Notes under the pieces: generated by a model | Told to the model about the DNA's origin: nothing | Seen by the model: the letters and a program-made list of their open reading frames with translations, nothing else | Database searches by the model: none | Translations under genes and position numbers: made by a program | Shown here: piece after piece, positions 14,201 through 26,394 of the stretch | How positions within the stretch are numbered: position 1 is the stretch's first letter | Layout: each line of letters starts with the position of its first letter | NCBI RefSeq assembly: GCF_009914755.1 | Contig: NC_060925.1 | DNA from: the human T2T-CHM13v2.0 reference genome, Homo sapiens | Reading direction: 5' to 3' (one strand) | Length of the DNA stretch: 64,000 nt

Positions 14201-14279
14201 TAATGCCTAAGTCTCTCCAGGGCTTTATGCCTAGTAGTGTTGATGAACACTGCCTTTCCTGCTACACGCTAATTGTCTT

Positions 14280-14382
14280 GAGTGTAGAGCAGCTGTCTGA
14301 CTTTCTTTGTCTCCCACACATTACCTACCGGGGTGCCTTGTACATTCCAGAAACTCAATAAATATTGGGTGAAGGATTGATT
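14280..14382 (+). mobile_element. L2 3' end fragment
   Basis: 'gtgccttgtacattccagaaactcaataaatattgggtgaaggattga'. Confidence 0.6.
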
Positions 14383-14454
14383 CTCTTATTTGTTACTGTA
14401 TCCCTTTCTGTGGTTTGTTGTCCCTAAATTTAACCAAACGACATATTAGTTGAT

Positions 14455-14910
14455 GGTCAATATGTTGATTTATCCAAAGCCTTATTAAGAACAGAGTAAG
14501 CCATCTCCTTTGCATCTTTCATGCCACCTCTCACCAACTCCCGGCTGAAGAAGAAAATGGAATTGGTTTGACATGACAAATTTTGTGGGCTGCTTCTAAA
14601 CAACTTAATAACCTCCAGGATTTTACAAATTGATCTTTTTCTTAATGAATTGCCCCAGAAACTTTCAGGTTTGAGAGTTGGACTAACTGCTCCATAATTC
14701 ATGAGCTAGTACTGATGCTCTTCTTGTAGTGTAGGATGAACTGATTAATTTTTTGGACATTTTGGAAAATCTGATCTGGATGAATAAGTCCCTGGCCTGT
14801 TTTAAATCTTATTTCTTAAGTCCTCTGGTAGGAATTATATTATGTCTCTGACAATAGTAGCCTTTGTAATGAGAACTGAAACAAAACAGGCATTAAATAT
14901 GTCTGTGTTA
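14455..14910 (-). mobile_element. L3/CR1 LINE fossil, reverse-transcriptase N-terminal region
   Basis: ORF 14457-14702 gives NYGAVSPT..SICKILE..SCQTNSIFFF..AYSVLNKALDK, collinear with CR1 RT motifs NYRPVSLT..ICKHLE..SCQTNLISFF..IYLDFSKAFD; 'FNACFVSVL'-like remnant near 14880-14900. Confidence 0.8.
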
Positions 14911-15490
14911 GTCAAGGGCTTCATGTGATTTTTTAAAAGGATCAAATTATATTCTGAAGACTCAGACCTAATTGAGAGAGGTATTTTATATTTAATGATC
15001 ATGTATTGATAATGGTTAATGATGTATTTGCCCTATGGCAAAAGAATTAGCTATGGCATGCCTTTCCTGCTCTCAGAATCACTGTACAGAATCACTGTTT
15101 TTTCCCCTATTCATTGCCCATTTTTGAAATTCAACCCCAACTCTTGATATTTAAGCAAGTTCATGTTCATTTGTGAGCTGTTTGCACAGCAAAATGTAAA
15201 CAAATCTTTAATGCACATTTGTCAAGAAAATGGCATTAAAAGTGATTGTGGAGCCCAAACTTTCTCTGCTGATTATGATTAAAGTAGAATCATGTTCTAT
15301 TTAAGAGGTCCTGAGACTGATGATGGGGCTTGAGATACTGTAGAGCTGATAGTGGTGGTAGCTGCAAGAAATATGCAGAGCCTCACACCCAGTGAGTGGC
15401 CAAACTGTTAATGGATGGTGATTCCGACCATTATGATTCACTAATATGAATGGCCTTTGGGAAAAGTAGCTGTCTTGGACATTTGGATCA

Positions 15491-15849
15491 TGTCTTTGTT
15501 TGGGCTGCTATAATAAATTACCACAGACTGGGTGGTAATAAACATCAGAAATTTATTTATCACAGTTCCAGAGGCTGGGAAGTTCAAGATCAAGGCACTG
15601 GCAGATTTATTGTCTGGTGAGGACCCACTTCCTGATTCATAGACAGCTGTCTTCTTGCTGTCACCTCAGGTGGCAGAAGGAAGGAAAGAGCACTCTGGGG
15701 CAACTTTTATAAGGGCACTCATCCCATTCATAAAGGCTCTGCCCTCATAACCTAATCCATGTCTACAGTCGCCACCTCCAAATACCATCACATTCAGGTT
15801 AGGCTTCAACATTTGAATTTCGGGGGGCATAAGTATTCAATCTATAGCA
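15491..15849 (-). mobile_element. MLT1A0-like solo LTR (ERVL-MaLR)
   Basis: 'gggctgctataataaattaccacagactggg..ggctgggaagttcaagatcaagg..ttttataagggcact..tctatagca', ~360 bp. Confidence 0.88.
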
Positions 15850-16379
15850 GCTTGGAATACTGGTGTGTTTTTGTTTCATTGGTTTTAAATTTGCTCATAG
15901 AATTTGGAAAGTTATTTCACTAGTAAAAAAAAAAGTCCATGGAAGCAAAAATTTCCTCTAGTCATGAAAAACTGTAACTTTTTACTCAATTCTCAGATCT
16001 CATATTTATAAAAGGAGAATCTCGCCATGCAAGGTGTCTTTGAATAGCCTGCTGGGTGGATTTGAGAACTGCAGTATATTATAGGGTGAAGAAAAGAGTA
16101 AAACACACAAAGAGAAAAATAGACACCGAGTCTATCTTTAAGGACTTATATCCTAGTTGGTTTTTAAATGTTGAAAAGTAATGAACATATATAGCTGAAA
16201 CACAAATGCGTCTACAATGAATTACAACTCTGGAAAAGTATCATGATGTTATAATGTTTGGCGTGAAGTGGAAGGAATTTTGTAAGTAGAAGCTATGATG
16301 GTTTTGCTATCAAGGGATGGCAGGGGGATGACAAATCAAGGCCACAGCTACTACAGATATGATAAAGTAAGAGTCCATC

Positions 16380-16550
16380 TTTTGAGTCTTGTCCAAAGAC
16401 CTGAGTTCAAGACTAAGTTCTCCCACATATTGGTTCTGGGATTGTGGGAGGTTTGTTTAAGCTCTGGGCCTGTTTTCTCACATATAAGATGAGGAAGTCC
16501 AATTATTTGTCCCCTGAGGTGTCTCCTAGTTCTAATATTCTTTAACTCTA
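16380..16550 (+). mobile_element. MIR3-like SINE
   Basis: 'gacctgagttcaag..ctctgggcctgttttctcacatataagatgagg..ttctaatattct'. Confidence 0.55.
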
Positions 16551-16874
16551 CAAACTGATGGGATTGCCTGAAGGCCTACAGTTTCAGCGGTTTGATGAAT
16601 CTGAACAAGAGGTTGGCTTACAAGATTCTGTTGGTTGGTTCTGGTGGCCATGGTGCTAAGCAGCAATGTAGGTGAGGCAGGGAAAGGAAGGACTTTCTCT
16701 GTATTTCTCTGTCATTGGAGCTGATCTCCATCTCTACCTCAGTCTTTGCAAACCAATTAAGAATGTAGAGTTTCTGAAGCAAGGCTATAGCTATTCATGG
16801 GACTGCATTCCCCTTAGGTAAAAGAGAAGGAAACAAGGCTGGAGTATTCTGGCACCTTTTTGCCATAGAGTCAA

Positions 16875-17035
16875 TGTAGTGTGGTAGGTAAAGCATTGAC
16901 TAGCTTAATGAGTTAGATAAATTGCTTACCCTCTCTGAGCCACATTTTCCTCATTGGTAAAACTTGCCTAATAATAGCATCTATCTCATAGAGTAGGCTT
17001 AAGGATTTAAGAAAATAATCTGAAAAATGGTATTT
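16875..17035 (+). mobile_element. MIR SINE
   Basis: 'ttgcttaccctctctgagccacattttcctcattggtaaaa..ataatagcatctatctcatagag'. Confidence 0.7.
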
Positions 17036-17143
17036 ATTGAATGATACTAAAGCCAGGCACTTTGTATGAGCTTTAAACTCTTGCTTAATCTTACTTATTT
17101 CTCCAAAAAAGTAATGAGTATGTTGAGTAGAGAGACTGAGGTA

Positions 17144-17555
17144 TGCTAAAATAATTAGTTGAAAGACCATTAGACTGGGGCAGATCAAGTGCCCTGTGTT
17201 AAGTAAGCAACGTGAAACCCAAATCAATGTAAACTTTCATATTCTAGGTCAATTAGAAATCACCAATTACCCCTAACTAGCGACTTTCCACTATTTAGGC
17301 TTAACCAATCAGAAGGTGCCAACTAACCTCTGACTAGGGACTTTCCACTGGAATGATCCCAATAAGGCAACTGCTCCACTCTAACCAATCAAATATTTTC
17401 TTTGCCTTGCTTTAGTTTATAAAAGCCTTCCCCTCGTGCTCCTTCTTCAGTGGAGCTCAAAATGGCCCACAGTCTGGAGCTGCCTGATTCATGAATCGCT
17501 GTCTGCTCAAATAAACTCTCTAAAATTTTAATGTATCTTAGTTTATCTTTTAACA
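17144..17555 (+). mobile_element. ERV1 solo LTR, MER57/MER93 group
   Basis: TG...CA termini 'tgctaaaataatt' and 'tttatcttttaaca'; 4-bp TSD-like ggta/ggtg; CCAAT boxes, TATA-like box, AATAAA; 'gattcatgaatcgctg..gctcaaataaactc' 3' signature. Confidence 0.8.
17337..17346 (+). promoter_or_regulatory. Canonical NF-kB site GGGACTTTCC inside the ERV1 LTR
   Basis: Exact match to the classical kB decamer; function untested. Confidence 0.5.
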
Positions 17556-18289
17556 GGTGGTAGAGAGGGAGGAAAGAGAGGCACCAGAAACAATGTTTTT
17601 ATAGAGTTGTAGCTTCTCCTAGATCTGGCCTCTGTCCCACATATTTGCCTCAGTTTTCTTATAATTCATTGGAAAATTGCTGTCAAATGTGTGACCCCCC
17701 TTTAAATTTCCAGAGGAAAATAAAGAAGCAAGAGAAAGTTAGTGGACATGGATTAGTGGCTAAATATGAATGTGGTTCTATCATTTTATGTTCCAATACA
17801 TGCTTTTTTAACATTCTCTAATTCTTCTCCACATTTCAACTTGATAAAAATCATTTGCTGTCCTTATGTTCAGTTAGTGGATTTCTTCTGGGAGAAAAAG
17901 AGCTTTTAAAAAACCTACTGTAATGACCACAGCACAAGTGAATCCTCTCTGTAAATTCACTTGTATTTTTTCCTTGAATATTGTAAATGAAATGTAGGAA
18001 TAAATTTAACATTCTCAAGAGAAGCAATGGTCTCCTATTCTATTACTTTCAGGCCCACTCTTATATTGTTAATTTGTTTTTGGTCTCCATAGAGGGCAGC
18101 CTAAGATAAATTGCATTTAAAGTGAAACAGGAGTGATTTGGAAGACATAGGGTAGAACTGGCTCAGATGAAGATTTTGAAACACTGTGGTGTATTATCTA
18201 GAATGACTGAGATTCCTTCCCTTGAGAACTTTGTAAGTAGACTGGCTTCCTCCTTGTTTATATTATTTCAGTGCAGTGATAGCTGAAAG

Positions 18290-18292
<3 letters not shown>

Positions 18293-18338
<46 letters not shown>
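18293..18338. repeat. (GT)23 perfect microsatellite
   Basis: Read directly from the sequence. Confidence 0.97.
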
Positions 18339-18339
<1 letters not shown>

Positions 18340-19679
18340 GGGGGTGGGTGGGTATTCAAAAGCCCTTCCAGTCCAATTCTTCAGAGTTTAATACCAAAGG
18401 GAAAGGGACCTTCACAAAGAGCCTTTATCATTGGAGCCAACTTAATGACAAAGAGCAATTAAGCATTTCTATGGTGGGTAGTATTCTGTGTCTGTTAGCT
18501 ATTATTAAAACTTATTGAGTTTTTGAAGGGATTTATCTCTTGTTGCCTCTCTTTGCCTTTGGCTCAATAGGGCAATGAAATCGGAATTGCATGCCTGCGA
18601 CAACATGGGGGCGTTGCCACAGGATGAAAGATGTTACCAATTTAGCCTGACGACCACTTCAAAGTCAAGAGGAAGAACAGATGGGTTGGCATTGGAAAAT
18701 TCTCCTACTTGCTTAAATAAAAATAACTCATAAAATACTAAAGATGGAAAATTGACTTAAAAATTAAGCAAATACAATTCAATTTTTTGTTTCTATTGGG
18801 TTTTTTAGACAATAAAGTTGTGTCTGATCTAGGATCAATCAAAAAGTATTTGCTGAGGGCCTAATATCTATGTTATGAACTATGTAATACAAAATTAATG
18901 AGTGTTAAAGATGTGGACTGCTTCTGAAGAGAGTATGTATGATTACCTGGACAAGCTACACTCACATGTGTGTATGTGTATATATGTTGTGTGTATACAT
19001 GTAAAAATATGTGTATATCTATCTATATATCTATAAAATTGTATTAGCAGCAGATTTTGTACTGGAATTATATGTATATCACATGCAGATAAAACTAAAT
19101 GTTAAATTGTGAGGTTCCATCATGAAAAGAACTATAATCTGTGCAATATGCCATGCAGATATTGTAAAATAAATTTTTAAAAGGAGATTAATATGAATAG
19201 AGGCATCAGGGATGACTTGATTGGGGCATTCGGTGCGTGGAGATTGATGGGTAGATGGGAGGAACAAGGCAATCAATCGAGTATGACAAAGAGCTTAAGC
19301 CAAGGTAGAGGCTAGAGTCAGGGAGGCAGTAAAAGGACTTGTTTAATAGAAGCTAATATTTCTTGATTTGAAATTGTAAGAGATAAAATAAACTAAGCAC
19401 CTGGGCTGAGAGAGCCAGACAGAGTTGGAATTAATGTGGTTTCCATTATAGGGTCCTAAATTGGAGATGGCATAAGATTTAGAGGTTGGATGAATTTGGA
19501 ATTGAAGATAAGATCCACCTTCATCACTGTATCATAAGGCTGGGGACTTGCTTAATGGAATTAATTTGGAATGATGGGAACCAAACAATTGTGTAAAAAT
19601 GCCATAATAGAGACAAGTCCAGTTTTAAGGGTGGGAAGGGGTGTAATTTGACATAGAAATTGCCGCAAGCTTGGTGACA

Positions 19680-19770
19680 TCATTCATTTAAAAAACATTT
19701 GTTAACACAACTTTGTGCTAGGTGCATCCAAAAGACAGGCCTCTCATTCTTCTGGAGTTTATAACCAGAA
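19680..19770 (-). mobile_element. L2 3' end fragment
   Basis: 'cattcatttaaaaaacatttgttaacacaactttgtgctaggtgc'. Confidence 0.5.
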
Positions 19771-19849
19771 TGACACCCAAATTTAATACTGTCCAAATTT
19801 AATACACACTACTGTTCTTGTGTAGAAGAAAAAGCAGCTTCTTTTTCTA

Positions 19850-20045
19850 TAACTTATTGCGCATTGATGGTATTCCAGGCACCGTATTAAATACTTTACA
19901 AATATATCTGTAATCTTACAACAAACCTATAAGGAGATATTATTAACTTCTTCTTATAAATAATAGAATACAGGCTCAGAGTGATTAAGTGATGATTAAG
20001 GTTAAGTGGCCGAGCTGATGTGCAAACCCAAGCTATACAATCCCA
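19850..20045 (-). mobile_element. MIR SINE
   Basis: 'ttattgc..ccaggcaccgtattaaatactttaca..aatcttacaacaaacctataagg..aggctcagagtgattaagtga'. Confidence 0.75.
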
Positions 20046-20272
20046 TTATTCTGTAGTATAGGCATGTAGTGCATTTACACGGAAAAAGGACCAAAAAGTG
20101 TTAATGATAGAGAAAGCGAGGTAAACAAGAAAGATGTAATTTGAGGGAGGCCTCTAAACACTTGTGGAACTCTCATCCCAGCTGAATTTAGGACCAGTCA
20201 GTACAGCTCATTTGTCACTGTGCCTGTCTACCTCATCAGCTCCCCATTAAGTCTTCTTGTGTTCATGCCGTG

Positions 20273-20700
20273 TGTATCCGTTTCCCAGGGTTGCCACAGC
20301 AAATAACCACAAACTTTATAGCTTACACGAATAGAAATTTATTCTCTCACAGTTCTGGAGGCCGGAAGTCCAAAATCAAGGTGTCAATGGGCTGCATTCC
20401 CTCTGAAGGCTCTGGGGGAAATCTTTCTTTGCCTCCTCCACTGGTGGCTCCAGGCATGGCTTGGTTTGTGGCTGCATAACTCCAGCCTCTGCCTTTGTCT
20501 TCACATGACCTTCTCCTCTTTCTCTCTGGGTGCCTCTACCCTGTGTGACTCCTATGCGGACGTTTATCATGGGATTTAGGGCCCACCTGGATAGTCCAGG
20601 ATGCTGTCATCTCATGGTCTTCAACTTAATTATATCTGCAAAGACCTTTTTTTTCCAAATAAGGTCACATTCACAGGTTCTAGAAAGTGGACAAAGCCTT
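20273..20700 (-). mobile_element. MLT1C solo LTR (ERVL-MaLR)
   Basis: 'aaatttattctctcacagttctggaggccggaagtccaaaatcaaggtgtc..ttccaaataaggtcacattcacagg'. Confidence 0.88.
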
Positions 20701-22505
20701 TCCCCACTTAACCATGTGTTTCATTTCAGGAAGCTCCTGCTTATGTTTTGGACAAATACAACCAAGACAATTCAGCTTATTACCAGTCTAGTTGTGGCCT
20801 CTTTACTTCTAGAGGCAGAAGACCTTCTCAGGGTTCAGCTCTGTTGTAGTTAAGGCTTCTGGTCAAGTATAGGCAGGTGAAAGGTGCACAGAAGCCCATG
20901 GGTTTTCCCCCTTTCTTAATTGGGGCTTTTGTAACATTACACAATTGATCAAGATCATACAATTTCCTCCTTCCTCCTTGGTAGGGAGAGATATACACAA
21001 TTCTCTTTTGTGTTCTAGTTTGTACATAGGGCATTAGAATTTGTATTGTTATTGTTATTGTACCTAAGAGTAAAAAGTCTGTCTGGAACATAAATAATGG
21101 TTATGACTTGAAGATTATTTCTTTCTTAATTTGTCAGTGTTACTCCAATAAACCAAAGTGAAAAAGATCTTCACATAGCCCTGAGTTACCATATTCTGTT
21201 CTACTCATTCATACGTCAAGGCATAAATGATAAGGTATAGTATGTGTCTGGAATGAAGCCCTGTAATCTGACCTGCAGATCAAAAAAGTGCTAATAAGTG
21301 GCAATCAATCCATCAGCCAACAAATGGTTTTATTTTCACTCAGTATGGGTTTCACGCTTAAAGGGGAGATAGATAATTAAGACTTCATGTTTCAAAATAT
21401 TAAATATTGATTTGTAGACATTTAGCAGCAGGCATAAAGCTCTCCTGAGGGATGACAACAACTGTCTAAAAGATTATAAAAGATTTTATTTCTCTTGGTA
21501 GAATTTAGCATTTATTTCTTATTTAAAAGATGTGAAATGAGAGTTAGTAAAATATTATATCAAGGAGAGAGCTCAGAGCTCTGCAAATGGATGTCATGTC
21601 TGTGGTGTGTGGCTAGCCAGAGTTAAAGTAAAACCATTTTGCTAGTTTCATATTGGCGTTTGGTTTATTGAAGTGTCAGAAGGTTTATAAGCTCTTCAAC
21701 TCAAGTTTTGATTGTTTTATCCAACTACTGTCACTTCTTATCAGTATTAAAGGCAAAAATCAAAGAAAAGGCCCAAGGGAGGAGCACTTCCAAATGTTGC
21801 TTTTTGCTGTCACAGTTGTAGCACTGATACTCTCTTGACAGGCCCTTTTTCTTGACACCACAGAGTAATTAGGGGGATTTTTATAATAGGCTTCACCAAT
21901 TAGTTAATACATTTTCTGATTAAACACTCCTTTATCTCAGCCTTAGAGAAACTGCCTAAATGAGTAAGAGCTGGAGATTGGACCTATAGTCAGGGCGAGA
22001 AGGGAGACAGCATTCGGAGTGCAAGTGTCACCAGGGCTTTGATCTACCCAAGACCTTGAGTCAGGAATACTTGTCAGTGCAGGCAATTGGGACATTAGGG
22101 CCCAGCACAATATTCAGACCTCACAGAGTAATTTTGCAATCAATAGACTCAGGTTATGTGTGGTTTTCTAGCACCTTGAGGAAATTTAGTGTCTTTCAAA
22201 AGGTTTATTCTACTAATAAGCTCTTTTGGTTGAGGGACTTTGCAAGGTAGAGAAAATGTCATCAAATTGAATGAATGTGGAGAGACTTACAAAACAGTGT
22301 AAAGGTTCTGGGAACACCCAAGATATAAGATTTACAAGACTTGCAGAACTTCCCCATGTTGCCATAGCATTCTCACAGAAGCAATTTGAGTTTCAAAGTT
22401 ATTTGTACTATCTAATATGCTTCAATAAAAACAGCAACGCTCCCCCAAATCTTATGCCATTTGGTTGGTTGGATCAAGTTTTTATAGTTGATAAAAGTAA
22501 AATGC

Positions 22506-22670
22506 ACACTTGTGGTCCCAGCTACTCAGGAGGCTGAGGCGAGAGGATGGCTTGGGCATGGGCATTTGTGGGTGCAGTGAGCCATGATTGTGCTACTGCA
22601 CTTCAGCCTGGGTGTCGAGATCCAGGCTGTCAAGATGCTGGGATCCAGATCCAGCCTCAAAAAAAAAAGA
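22506..22670 (+). mobile_element. 5'-truncated AluJ/FRAM right monomer with scrambled 3' end
   Basis: 'gtggtcccagctactcaggaggctgaggcgagaggatggcttg..tgcagtgagccatgattgtgc'; A tail; TSD taaaagtaaaatgc / taaagagtaaaatgc. Confidence 0.88.
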
Positions 22671-24864
22671 GTAAAGAGTAAAATGCTGAAGTTCCAATTC
22701 TTTCGGCCACTTAAGGCTGGGGGTTTGTCTGGTGGATCTGAGGATGTGGTGGATGTTGGGTCTTCTCTTTTCCTGGGTTTACAAGTGGAATTTGGGTTGA
22801 AGTTTTTATAAAACCTCTTTTCCATTGAAGATAATCTAATGTTTGAGCATGCAGCTTTAAGGAGTTCCCTCTGTTTACTAAGATTTAGGTAGGTAACATA
22901 TCCTATGGGCATAAACTATGCAGAGAAATGAGCAGGAGTTTAAAGCTTCCAAATTGTAGCCCAATCTCTCCAATGGAAGGTGTCCTTGGATCTCCATGCC
23001 CAGTGGTCTGCTTCCTACGGTTGTTGTTGTTTTTAAATCAATTGCTCCATAGGCTTTAGAATTGTTCGTTAAAGAGGTTGAGAAAGAAACAAATTTGGTT
23101 CAAGTTTTTGTGCTGAAAATTTGCACTCTCTAAATCTGAAGTGCCCAGAGCTAGGGCTCTGCAGCTCTTATCTCATGCTTTGATAGCTCCATTGCATACA
23201 ATCTACGGCAAAGTGGAAAATATTTAATGAACAGCCTTGTTGTATATGAAATTGATTTCTTTAGCAAATATTTGTTTGAGAGTTCCATGTGTGAAACTGA
23301 CAAGCAATGTCACAGTCCATTTTATTTTTTTTATTATACAGGTATATTCAATTTTCAAATAAAATATATTTGAATTTCTCATTTAAAAGTTTGAAGTTCT
23401 TATGATGCATTTCAGAGCTATCTTTTTCTATAATGAAATGCTTAGAATTAAAATGCATTCTCTTAAAGGCACATCCTTTTTTTTATTAGACATTTGAATG
23501 CACCACGCCATTTTATCAGCAGTAGTAAGTAGAGGATAGAATAGGGAAGTGACAGAAAATCCATCTGACAGAGAAAATAGGCTCTCTTCATATGTGTATG
23601 TGATTGCATGTGTGTGAGTAACATTACAGCAATCGTAATATGGGGATAGACATCTTTTGGCATCATAATGTTGAATCATAAAATAAGATACAATTTTTAA
23701 AATGTGGTCTGTTTTGATCACTTGATTATTTCATACTAGCAGCAAATAGAAAATAGACTAAGACAAGAGAATCTACTACAGTCAATTCTAAATTAAGTCC
23801 TAGGCTATATCTCTTTTACAAGTGAAAGGAAATTGGAAAGGCAAGTCATCTTTTTGGGAAAGAAAAATAGACAATATATTTAGAAATAAACACACTCATA
23901 TTTTGTTTTAAACATATATTTTATAAAACAAAGAAGCAGCTGCGGTTTCCATAAGAGAATCATAGAGCGTACATTAAATGGAAAATTTAAAGCTGTAAAG
24001 TTGAAGTGGGAGTTCATACCAATTATCATTGCCTCTAATAATTTAGATAGTATTTCCTAGTATGCAAGAAAATCTCTAAAGTATATGATCATGTTCATAT
24101 TTATATTTAACTTTGGAAAAACAGAAGAAAACAAACAAAAAATTGTCTTCTTTTTTTGAGACCTTCCAGGACATTTTTATTAGACATGCAAATTTCTTCT
24201 AATTATCAGGTGATCCAGGAAGTATTTGCCATTTCTAAAATAGAAAATGTTAGATTCCAAATATAATGCACCCCAAAGAGGGAAAAACCTGGCACACTTA
24301 ATAATGTATACTTCATTTACAGTTCTGAGAATATGCATTTTTCTGGCTATGACATTTCCCCCAGTCATGGTTCTGATGTATTTGGATCTCCAAGTACGTT
24401 GTAACTAGAACAACAACTGAAGGATATACTCAACAGAATTCATGGAGAGGAAATAGACATATTTCAGCATGAGAGAATATTTATGCATTATTTAACAGCA
24501 ATAATGTTTGAATTCATACATTATGCAAATGCAGTTATAATCAGGAAAATGAAAGAACTTGGACTGCTGCAACATCCTTAAACCCACCATTAGGTACCTA
24601 TTTGTGCATAACATTTGATACTGCACAACGCCTTATGATGCTACACCATGTCACTTGAGGAGAAAACTTATCAGAGATTAGCCAGATATCAAATGAAAAG
24701 GTGATGAACCTCTGATTACTACCTGATATTGACTTCTATAAATTTATCCTCAAACATGTGTTAAAGTGTGAATGATAATTAAAATGATATTGGAATAAAG
24801 TGCACTTTACTCAAATGTTGCCTATTTAGTCAGATATGAATGACTTCATCTTCTTTACCAAGAG

Positions 24865-25100
24865 AGGCCTACCTATGTGGAGGCACTGTTCTAAGAATTT
24901 TATAAGAATTACCTCTTTTATTCTCATAAAAATTACCTCCTAACAATGCTATGAGGTAGACATTATTATTTTTCCTACTTTACAGATGAGGAAACTGATC
25001 CACAGAGAGGAAGAATAGTTTGTCCAAGGTCACTAAAGTATTAAGAGGCAGAACTTTGGCTTTGAATCCAGGCGATCCAAATCTAAGCCACTATGACACA
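24865..25100 (-). mobile_element. MIR SINE
   Basis: 'cctacctatgtggaggcactgttctaag..ttttacagatgaggaaactga..ttgtccaaggtcac'. Confidence 0.85.
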
Positions 25101-25174
25101 TTGTTTACATTACTATGATAGTTATTTGTGTTCTGCTTTTTCTTTCCGACTGTAAACTAACAGCATTAAAAAAG

Positions 25175-25400
25175 ATAATAGTTGAGCATTTCTTATATCC
25201 CAGGCACTGTGGCAGTCACAGTGGATGCAAAGATGAGTAGGCATAGCTCCTATTCTCCAGGGGCTCACAGTCCAGCAGGGAAGATAATCATGAACTTATG
25301 CTGCATCACAGGATGTGCAGAGAGGGCATTAGAGAAGCAAAAGGAAAGGTATCCCATCCATCTGGAAGAAAGGCCATAGGAAAGTGAGGAAAGCTAAAGG
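25175..25400 (-). mobile_element. L2 3' fragment
   Basis: 'gttgagcatttcttatatcccaggcactgtg..ggggctcacagtccagcagggaaga'. Confidence 0.65.
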
Positions 25401-25631
25401 AAGAGTTACTATGATTAGAGCTTCATCCTATACCTTGTCCATTCCTTACGCTCTGGCTCCTGGATGGAGTACTGCGCATAATATGAACAAGTAAATCAAT
25501 TTAGTATTTAATTTTGTTAAATTAAGTCACTCTTTCTTGACACCAGAGAACCCAGTGACTTCCATACTGTTTGTCCTCAGGTGCCATGGAGTCTAGGCAG
25601 AGTCTGGAGAAGATACAATCCCTGACTTTAG

Positions 25632-25774
25632 CAGTGATTCCTCATGACTTAGAGAACCTTATAAAATTCATGACTCTTGCCCTAGAAAAAAATATACCTA
25701 AGTGAAATTCTGTGAAGTATTATGGTTTTGTGAACTCTCTAAAATCCACTTAGGACCCCACATTAAGGACTCTG
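25632..25774 (-). mobile_element. MER103C-like hAT MITE
   Basis: 'cagtgattc..gagaaccttataaaa..ggaccccacattaaggactctg' resembles the reverse complement of MER103C. Confidence 0.6.
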
Positions 25775-26044
25775 TGTCTGAAAGAAAGCAAGGTAGCTGA
25801 ATAATGAGCCTACTAGAATACAATGACAACGAATGGGTGTACAGCAGCAGTTCTCAAACTTTTTAATCTCAGGACTTCTGTATACTTTTTAAAATTATTG
25901 AGAACTCTCCTGATTTTTTGTTTATGTGGATTATGTCAATCTATACTTATCATATTAGAAATTAGAACTGAGAAATCTAAACATATTTATTAATTCAAAA
26001 ATTACAATAACGAACCCCATTACATGCTAACGTAAATGTTGTTA

Positions 26045-26394
<350 letters not shown>

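Noticed and set aside
15074-15098. Short tandem duplications (cagaatcactgt twice here; ccaaatttaatac twice at 19777-19805; another near 35078-35120)
   Set aside because: These are two-copy slippage duplications of ordinary type, with no spacer array and nothing CRISPR-like.
22526-22912. 128-aa minus-strand ORF
   Set aside because: It runs through an Alu monomer and poly-A, with no domain or splice support.
24612-24735. Possible C/D box snoRNA (catttgata/tatcaaatg inverted repeat, TGATG and CTGA motifs)
   Set aside because: The boxes are not positioned next to the terminal stem and the spacing is wrong; a 9-bp AT-rich inverted repeat is at chance level.
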